Origin: Camelus dromedarius
Taxonomy: Eukaryota
Length of the DNA stretch: 64,000 bases
NCBI RefSeq assembly: GCF_036321535.1
Contig: NC_087437.1
Coordinates: 82,772,001-82,836,000, forward strand
Direction of reading: 5' to 3'
Made by a program: the position numbers and the translations under genes. Position 1 is the stretch's first letter. Each line of letters starts with the position of its first letter. Under the pieces are notes generated by a model. That model searched no databases. It saw nothing but the letters and a program-made list of their open reading frames with translations, and had not been told where the DNA came from. Of this stretch, positions 54,764 to 64,000 are shown piece by piece.

Positions 54764-54830
54764 GTCATTTTAAAATGTGTGACTACTGCGTCAGTCATTT
54801 TAAAATGTGCGAATACTAGATCTGTCATTT
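54764..54830. repeat. 30-bp tandem repeat, ~2.2 copies
   Basis: gtcattt starts at 54764, 54794 and 54824; the first two copies share gtcattttaaaatgtg. Confidence 0.8.
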
Positions 54831-56051
54831 ATTCATGAAAAAATAACACTGAAGTAGCCACCTTCCCTGAAATCAAACTGCATAATGACTTTATGATGAT
54901 GTAGGGAGACATAATTTTAAAGTCGTCACCAGTATCTCTTAGAAGGAAAGACAAATCCATTCTTAGTGATATTGCTGAATTCTTTTAAAACAGTAAATAT
55001 TTTCACTTGTCCTCTTAAATATATACCCAATAGTTGAATTGTTTAAAAGGAAACTAGATCTATACCCTCCTATCATTGTCCTCTGCAGGTGAGTCTTGAA
55101 GTAGCTGAAACTAATGCTAAATCCAGCCCCAAACAGCTTGCTGTTAGTCACAGCATAAGAGAAATCATTATGGGAAGACATCTTAGTTATTCAGAAAGAG
55201 AACACATAATCACTCTGAAGTCAGGCAGCTAAATTTTGCAATTCCAACTCACTCTGACCTGCCAAGCACAAGTGATTCTTGAAGCCCAACTTTAAAAAAA
55301 CAAAACAAAACAAAAACTGTGCTGATGGACGTTATTTAATGATAACATCTTCTCTAACATTTCCAAATACTACAGTAGCTTCTTCTGTACTTTAGAGGCT
55401 TCAACTGTGCACTTGCCATATCCATCCCACTGCAGTGAGTTTTCTGAGGGCAACACTATACCTGTCCAGTTTCATCACTGAATCCCTAGCACATACCCAG
55501 CTCAGTGCCTGGATATTCAGAGGCTGAATAATATATGTTCAGTAAATGAATTCCTTTTGGGATTCCAAGTTTTGTTCTTGAGATTAGTGGTGTTTCTGCA
55601 CATAGGCACTAAAAAGTTGTTCCTGAATCAGTTTGTTTGTAACTTTTAAAGAGTGCTGTTCTCTAAGCAAGTTCCATTTCCATCTATTAGAAGTGGACAG
55701 TTGATGGTGCTTTTGCTCTAGGAAATAATTCCCTGTTTTCTACCTTATCTTTCCAAGTTGCAAATTCCTAAGAAGAGCACTGTTCCATGGCACACCTCTC
55801 AGTATGTTAAATGACCTTCCATTTAGTTGGTTTATGTACAGAACATAAATCAGGTTTCTTAAGTTTTATGAGCATATCTATTCCACCTCTAGTCAATCCA
55901 AAATCAGATGGATCTCTCCTGTCTTGAATACAGAATATTTCATTTACCATCTTCCAGAGTTTAATTGGTTGCTGTTCATCATCTACCTAAAGTGTAGTTG
56001 CTGTGGGTATTGGAAGAGGCATGATGACTTTAAGATCTCTAATCTCTATGC

Positions 56052-56345
56052 AAGTGGATACAAACTCACTGCCAACAGGGGCTAGACAGGTAACATAAAT
56101 GAGTGAAATGGACTAGGTTATAGTAACAGCATTGCCACAATCATAAATGATAACTGAGCTTCAGGACTGGGGACGTTAGGGAATGGTGGGTGCTATATCA
56201 AACTGGAGTGTGACTTTCTCTTTCAAAGGGGACAGCCATTACTTAGGTACAGCCATTTGGAAAACTGGCCCAGGTTTCTTTTTCTTTTTCTTTTTTCTTT
56301 GTTATTTTTCAAGAGAAGCCGGAAATTCAGAATTCATGTGATGTT
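56052..56345. mobile_element. MER102-like hAT-Charlie element
   Basis: caaactcactgccaacaggggctagacaggtaacataaatgagtgaa...ttttcaagagaagccggaaattcaga. Confidence 0.65.
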
Positions 56346-56359
56346 TCCAGGTTTTTTTT

Positions 56360-58420
56360 TTTTTTTGAAGTATTTCATTTTGAGGGGTGCTAATGTAAAT
56401 GGTATTCTGTTTCTAATTGCAAATTCCACTTGTTCATTTGATATATAGGAAAGCAATTAACTTTTATGTATTAACCTTGTATTCTGCAACCTTGCTATAA
56501 TCACTTACTAGTTACAAGAGTTTTTTGATCAGTTCTTTTGGATTTTCTGCATAGATGATCATGTCATCTGTGAACAAAGACAGTTTTATTTCTTCCTTCC
56601 CAATCCGTATACCTTTTTTCCCCTTTTCTTTTCTCATTATGTTAGCTAACACTTCAAGTAGAATGTTAAAAATGAGTGGTAAAAAAGGGACATTCTTGCC
56701 ATGTTTTTTCTTTTTTTTTTTTTACTTTTAGATTGTGTTTATTGAACTTAAATTTCTTTTATTTATATTACAAAAATTATTTTTAAATTTTCATTTTTAA
56801 CTTCTATTTTATTGAAGTATATTTGACATACAATATTAGTTTCATGTGTATAGCATATATACATTGTGAAATAATTATCACAATAAGTAGTTATCATCTG
56901 TCACCATGTAAAGTTAATACAGTGTTATTGATTATATTCCCCATGCTGTGCATTACATTCCCATGACTAATTTTGTAACTGGAAGTTTGTATTTTGTACA
57001 ACTGAAATTTGTATTTATGTCTCCAAGACTGAGGAATATGTTTGTTTATTTAGTTCACTGGACTAAAGATAGCAAACACACACAAAAAAGCCAATTAAAA
57101 GCTCCCCACAAAACAAATATTCTATTTGTATATTTGTCTTGAGTGACAACTAATTCACATATGCATATGGAGACACATATAAAATAATAACTAATAGATG
57201 GTATAGCTGCAAAGTAGGATTATAAAGATTATTAGCTGGTAGTATTGAGATACTACTGTGGTTATGCTAAACGAAGATATAAAGATTACTTATAATAATA
57301 AACTGTGACACTAATATCCCCCCAACTTCTGTTAGCCAAAGTAGCTTATTGCATATTTAATATAAATTTTTAATGGAGACCTAGAATAATCATAGCCAAT
57401 TTATTCTAGGAAATTTAATAGATAGCAGTTTCTTGCTTTGTTCTTGATCTCATTGGGAAAATGTTGAATTTCTTACCATTAAGTATGTTGGCTATAGTTT
57501 TTTGTGAATATTCTGTATCAAGTTGAAGAAGTTCCCTTATATTCCAGGTTTACTGATAGTTTTTTTCAGTCATGAATGGATGTTGGATTTTGTCAAATGC
57601 TCTTTCTGCATCTAGGTTTGATCATGTGGCTTTTCTTTCTTAGCCTGTTGATGTGATGAATTACATTAATTGGTTGTCAAATATTGAACCAACCTTGCAT
57701 ACCTGGGATAAATCACACTTGATCATGGTATATAATTCTTTTTGTATGTTGTTGAATTCTATTTGTTAATATTTTGTTAAGGATTTTTACATCTATTTTG
57801 ATGAGAAATATTGGTGTATGGTTTTCTTGTAATGTCTTTGGTTTTGGTTTTAGAGTAATGCTGGCCTCATAGAGTGAGTTAGGAGGTACTTCTTCTGCTT
57901 GTATCTTCTGAAAGAGATTGGAGAGAATTGGTGTAATTCCTTTCTTAAATGTTTGATGGAATTCACCAATGAACCCATCTGTGCCTGGTGTTTTCTCTTT
58001 AGAAAGATTATTAATTATTGATTCAATTTCTTAAATAGATAGGGGCCTATTCAGATTGTGTATTTCTTTTGTTTCAGTTTTGGCAAGTGGTGTGTTTCAA
58101 GGAACCTGTACATTTCATCTAGGTTATCAAATTTTTGGAGATAAGAGTTGTTCATAGTATTCCTTTATTATCTTTTTAATGTTATGATATTTCCACTTCC
58201 ATTTCTGATATTAGTAATTGTGTCCTCTCTTTTTCTTAGCCCCACTAGATGGTTGTTGATTTTCTTTTCAGAGTGGCAGCTTTTAGTTTCATTAATTTCT
58301 CTGTTGGTTTCTTGTTTTCAATTTCATTGATTTCTGTTCTAGTTATTCTTTTTACTATTTCTTTTATTATTTCTTCTGCTTACTTTGGATTTAATTTGCT
58401 TTTTTTTCTAGTTTCCTATG
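56360..58420 (-). mobile_element. Ancient antisense L1 (ORF2 region) interrupted at 56706-57429
   Basis: catgtcatctgtgaacaaagacagtttt...gggacattcttgcc | ttgttcttgatctc...ttttgtcaaatgctctttctgcatct. Confidence 0.85.
56706..57429 (-). pseudogene. Retroposed polyadenylated insert of unrecognised sequence (3' UTR retrocopy or orphan transduction) with nested L1 tail
   Basis: Poly-T 56704-56723; TTTATT at 56738-56743 (AATAAA on -); imperfect TSD ttcttgccatgtt (56693-56705) / ttcttgctttgtt (57430-57442). Confidence 0.6.
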
Positions 58421-61400
58421 GGCTAATGGTAATGTGAACATTTTACTGGCTGATTTCTTTGAGATTATAAACCAGTGTTTCATGGGTTTTATGGTGTGAT
58501 CAATACATAAGTAACTTCTATAATTTTCTATATGTATCCATAGACAAATTTTTAAGTTCCTCTCTTAGTAATCCATGAGAAACTTCTAAAAATTTTGGCT
58601 GGCTTTGAGAGCCATCAGCAGAACCTGTAATTGTTGACAATTAAGTTCTTCATGTTGATTTAGAAGGACCTTTGGCCAAATGAAGAAACACAATTAAAGA
58701 ATTAACCACTGTATTGGCCCAGATTAGGGCTGAATTTGCTTCTTCCTTTCCCAGAGTATTTTGCCAAGTGCTTGTATTACTTGTATAGTGGGTAAAACCT
58801 GTGGTCAAAGGTGAGCCAGGTGAGGAGAGAGACCCTCATCTTGCCTGGAATAAGATATCAAAGTAGGTGTTCATTCAGTGTATATTGGACTCACTTAAGC
58901 ACCTGCAAGGAGAGCTATCATACTTTTCTTTTTTTTTCTTCTTTTTTTAAAATTGAGATTATCCATTTTTTTCAAAAGTTTCTACCATAGATTGAATTTA
59001 TCCACATTTCAGAGGACACTATAACTCCAAGTAAATAAACAGGAGGTGAAACTGCAATGCTGATAGAAAATACTTTCGTGATTCTGTCTGTATTAGAAGA
59101 GTTGAAAATAATTTTTTTAACTGTTTCACTTTAAGAATGTGTTTTTGTCGATTATTTCTTTATGTTCATATAGCACTTTTACTTTTTTGTCATATGAGCA
59201 TTTGCTTTATTAAATATGCTTCACAAACATGATTTATACATTAGATAACATTCTAAGGTTGTGTCATGTAATTTATTTGACTTGCCATGTTGTTAGACAT
59301 TTAGTGCATGTCAAAACAAGTTAATCTTCAAATATAAGTTACTTGTTACCATATTCAGTGAGTCCTTAAACTTCGGGGATTGTAAACAATTTGAAAACCT
59401 AATTATTAAAAGATGAAACTCTGTACTATCTTCATTATGGAAGAAAATTACAATTGTATATTTACATAAACTGTTGCCTCCAACTTCAGGAGCTTTATAA
59501 AGGTCATGAAGCCCACCCCTCAGTTCCTGTCCCCAGGGCTTCAGGTCAGAACCAGTGATATCAAATATGTTAAGATGAAGCAAAACAAAAAAATACAAAA
59601 ACTTAAACAGTTGTGGAGAAGTATAATGTCTGATATAGCTGACTGGAGGACATTTGACTATTTTCATAATACAGCCCAATCCCAGTTCATTCTTAGATTT
59701 GAAATAAGTCTGAATTCTATATTAACACTCCTGTACAACTTCCATGAATAATACTGTTACATGTGCTGTATCTTTTTTTAAACTGAAGTATAGTTGATTT
59801 ACAGTGTTGTGTTAGTTATCCTTGGTGACAGAAAGCATCTGTGGAACTCCCGGGAGCACTTTTACTTTTAAGTTTAGTCTAATAATTTGGAATTTCCTAG
59901 TATTCGTATACATGAAAATTTTTATAAAGTAAGGACACCTTAATATGACATGATAGTGTATGGCATTATCATATTCTTTAAATAAGATCTTTTTTGTTTG
60001 TACCTAAAAGTTAACTGAAGACTCATTATTTGTATATACTGAGCACCTTTATCAGCCTTGTAATAAAATCCTTAAATGGCAAAGAGCAGCTAGTGCTGAT
60101 GAGCCCAGCTAAAACTGTTGTTCACTTTTACAAGAGTTAACTTGCTTTTGTAAGGTTTAAGTTGATAGAATTTCTCTTGCCTTTACCTCCTCCCCCTGAG
60201 CCTTAAGATTGAATGTGATGGTTCTGGCTCTGCACATGTGTGGCTTTGCTAACAAATTATATAACATTCGATATTTTTAGTATTTGAGACAAAATTTGAA
60301 ATAACATGAAGTACATATTACTCTTTGAAATATTAGGTCATTATTTTAAAATATTTAGTATTCAAAAATAATACAATATTTAATATTTTTCTTGTTTACC
60401 AGACTATTTCTGAGTTATTTAGTATTAAAAAACAAATCTGAAGACTTAATCTTTTCTTCATGTATATTCAGATAGTAACTGTTAAAGGGTTCTTTGGGTG
60501 TTTTACTTGAAAGTTAAAAATACTGACAGCTATATTTAAATTGCATTTCATATTTAGCCATAGAAAGCCTTTTTTTTTTTTTTGCACAGTAGGTATTTTT
60601 AAAGAAAGGATGAGCAAGATATATTAAAATATGTCGAACACCATAGCACCTAAGCCGTGTGTGTGTGTGTGCATGCGCACACCTTGATGTTTGGCATTTA
60701 TTTATTAAATGCTAAATAAATGGAAAAGTTAATAGACTGAATGTTCTTTACTTTCAAATTGAGATTTTTAAAGTTCAGTATAAATGTGATACATCCCTTT
60801 TTATTTTAGATGAAGTTTTTTTGGGTTTTTGTCTCCTTATTTGCAAGCTTTATCTTAAGAGTCCTGTACAATGACCAGAGCTAAATGGCCATTTTGAAGC
60901 CAGTTATGATAAGACCATGAATGCCGTTCTGTGCAAGACATAGCAGCGTGTTTTCCTTGCCTCAAGGTGGGAAAATTTACTGGAGGGGCTTTTCTTTATG
61001 ACTGCAATGTGACTGCAGAACAGAAAAATTGAACTTAAATCACTTTTCCATGTTAAGAAAAAATTAAAACACAATGATATATTGGATAAAACTATTAAAT
61101 CTATGATTTGTTATTCATACATAGGCCTGAAATTATTCTCAGATAAAGCAAACTCGTTTCTAAAATTTTTATAGAATTACCACATAAGATTAAATTTTAA
61201 AATAATTTAGAGATTATAATGCCTTGAAGAATTATATCTTGAAAGAAAAGTTCTTTGTATAAAATCTTTTGTACGCGGTTGAGCATTTCAGAATTGGGAG
61301 TTTTTTCTTTTAACTGACAACTTTCAGTGTGACTTTAGGGTTAAATGAGTCTCATTTTCTGAAAAAAAAAAGTAAAGATTGCCTGATTTTAGGTATATTT

Positions 61401-62149
61401 ACACAAAATATATAATATAAAATTTATTTAGAATATAGTACTTTTTCATTAGTGGGGAAGAAACCGTGTGTAAAGAATAACTCATTTTTAAAATTATGGC
61501 AGAATTTCACAGTTACTTATAATTTTCTAGGAATATTGACTCTAAAATGTTTTGAGTGGAGGGGAAGAGTAAGATCAGTCTCTGCAAACGGTTATCTTGA
61601 AGGTGGTGTAGATTTCAATAAATAATGCATTTAAAGGCACACGTAGTATTGTGGTACGTTTAGGTGGTTTATACCAAAAGAGCTGAAACATTTACTCGTT
61701 TATTTAGGAATGAGACTGTTGCTGGGATGATGAAAAAGCAAAAAGGGTGTTGTTGCTAGAAGGAGAGAGCAGCTAGCCCACGATAGAACCGAGGGGATCC
61801 CCAGGTGCTACCGTGGGTCACTGACTGGGAAGAAAGTCCTATCATAAAACACTTCTCTTTGCAGCCCCAGGGGAAGCGTGCGCTCTGTTACTGGTGAGTG
61901 GTAAGTAGCAGGAAAAAGCACGGGACAAGGTAGAGAGGACCTGAATTCTGGACTGATTTCACATCTTAGCAAGTAGTGTCGCTTTAGACAGTCTGTTTAT
62001 TTATTTGATTTTCAGTTTCTTTAGCTGTCAAAGAGGGGCCTGGAGTAGAACTCTAAAGGTCTCTTTCTGCTATGTTTGGTTCTGTGACCTATTGTTTCTT
62101 TGCACAAAACATTTTGTATTAAAATTTGTTTTAATGTTTGCTTTTCTTT

Positions 62150-64000
62150 TGAAAGCTTTAGTGAGGTATAATTTACATACCATAAAATTCACCCATTTTT
62201 AATGTATAGTTTGATGAGTTTTAGTAAACTATATAGCTATGTGAACATCACAAAAATCTAGGTTTAGAAATTTCCATCACCCCAGAAAGTTCTCTTGTAC
62301 CCATTTGGAGTCAGTTCCCACCTCGCCCCTGGTCCCAGGAAGGTTCATCCTTGTTGTTACATCTCTAGTTTGTTCCTGTTTATTGGGGAGTAGTCTTCCT
62401 TTGTGCGGGCACATACCATATTTTGTTTATCCATTACTAGTTGATAGAAAATTAGATTGTTTTTGTTTTGGGCAAATGTAAGAAGTGCTGCTATGACCAT
62501 TTTTGGTGGACATACGATTCCTTTCCTCCTGGATAGATGACTAGAAGCGGAGTTGCTGGTTGCATCGTCTGTGTATGTTTATGTTTAGCATCGGAAGAAA
62601 CTGCCAGATTGATTTTCAGAAATGTATGTGCCTCTTAGGGTTCCATCATCAGTGTAAGAAGGTTTCAAATTTGTCTACATTCTTACCAATATTTGGCATT
62701 GTCAGCCTTTTTTTGATTATAGCTATAATAGTGATATGTAGTGGCATCTCACTGTAGTTTTAATATTCACTTCTCTAATGACTAAGCTGTTGAGCATCTT
62801 TTCATGTGCTTATTTTCCATTAGTATATCTTTTTGAGGTATCTGATGAAATCTTTTGCCCATTTAAAAAAGTTGAATTGCAGGAGTTCTTTACACATTTC
62901 AGATATGACGTCTTCATCGGATTAATGTTTTGCAGATATTTTCTCTTAGCCTGTTGTTTGTCAGCTCATTTTCTTAATGGTGTCTTTTGAGGAGCAATGT
63001 TTTATTTTTTTTAATTTTTTTTAACATTTCTTATTGATTTATAATCATTTTACAATGTTGTGTCAAATTCCAGTGTTCAGCACAATTTTTCAGTCATACA
63101 TGGACATATACACACTCATTGTGAGGAGCAATGTTTTAAATTTTGATGAAATCCAAATTAATATTTTTCTTTTGGTGTCGAATCTAGAAATCTTCGCCTT
63201 ACCCAAAGTCACAAAAGATTTCTTTTATGTCTTGTAAGAGTTTCATAAGTTTAGGTCTTATGGTTGATGATCCATTTTGACTTAATTTTCGTATGCATTT
63301 TGAAGTAAAGTTTTACATTCATTGTGATTTCGCACATCAATATCCAGCTGGCTTAGTACATTTGTTGAAAGGACTATTCTTTCTCTGTTAAGTTACCTTG
63401 ACGCTTTTGTCAGAAATCAATTGACCATATATGTGGATTTATTTCTGGACTCTGTTCTGCTCCATTGAGATTAATACAGATATTTGTCCTTAAAATGACA
63501 TCACATTGTCTTGTACTATAGTTTTATAGTGAGTTGAAAATCAGATAATGTAAGTCTTTCAACTGTCTTCTTTACCAAGATTGTTTTGGCTCTTCTATGC
63601 CCTTTGCATTTCCATGTACATTTTAGACTCATTAATTTCTAAAAAAGAAAAAAAAAAACACTAGGATTTTGGTATGGATTGCACTGAGTTGATCAATTTG
63701 GGGAGAACTGACATCGTAACAATATTGAGTCTTCTAGACCATGAATGTGGTATGTCTCCCCATTTATTTAGTTCTTTCATTTTTCTCAGCAGTGTTTTAT
63801 ATTTTTTAGTGTACTGGTTTTGAATTTCTTTTTTAAAATTTATCTCTAAATATCTTAATCTTTTGTTACAAATGAAGTTTTAAAGATTTCATTTCAGATT
63901 GTCACTAGTGTATGGAAATGCAATTTTTTGTATATTGATCTTGTGACCTTAGCTCCCTTACCAGTTCTGGTGGGGGTTTTGGTTGATTATTTGGGATTTT
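62150..64000 (-). mobile_element. Ancient antisense L1 (3' UTR into ORF2)
   Basis: gtgaggtataatttacataccataaaattcacccattttt...gtttgatgagtttt...tcaatttggggagaactgacatc. Confidence 0.85.
63005..63121 (-). mobile_element. Young camelid-type L1 3' tail with a perfect 17-bp TSD
   Basis: ttattgatttataatcattttacaatgttgtgtcaaattccagtg; TSD tgaggagcaatgtttta at 62988-63004 and 63122-63138. Confidence 0.9.

Larger units (their letters stand above)
39481..64000 (+). other. DCBLD2: DCBLD2 intron 2 (partial, continues beyond window)
   Basis: Starts gtagga. The expected CUB continuation (GKYCG...) was not found by eye or in the ORF track; the sequence is mostly antisense L1. Confidence 0.8.

Noticed and set aside
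54764..54830. CRISPR-like repeat-spacer appearance
   Set aside because: Only ~2 units, the 'spacers' resemble each other, the context is eukaryotic and there are no cas genes.
59311..59751. Overlapping 122-aa (-) and 81-aa (+) ORFs
   Set aside because: No recognisable protein similarity; not the expected DCBLD2 exon 3 peptide.

Overview
Mammalian genomic DNA, most likely camelid (Vic-1-like tRNA-derived SINE and camelid-type L1 3' tails). It holds the 5' part of DCBLD2 (ESDN/CLCP1) on the + strand: a CpG-island promoter (~20.6-21.8 kb), coding exon 1 (21388-21604, very long signal peptide) and coding exon 2 (39253-39480, N-terminal part of the CUB domain). No exon 3 was found, so intron 2 appears to run past the window end. 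The rest is intergenic or intronic DNA rich in L1, L2, L3/CR1, MIR, MaLR/ERV LTR and MER remnants; repeat family names come from recalled consensus motifs, and old-repeat boundaries are approximate. No prokaryote-type system, CRISPR array or RNA gene was seen, and nearly all other listed ORFs look spurious. Best leads: (1) an out-of-frame uORF overlapping the DCBLD2 start, whose next downstream AUG is an in-frame Met51 that would give a short signal peptide; (2) four inverted CCAAT boxes on an exact 41-bp register; (3) a TSD-flanked, polyadenylated insert of unrecognised sequence in intron 2 with a nested L1 tail. These are hypotheses; whether they are already described cannot be judged from the sequence.
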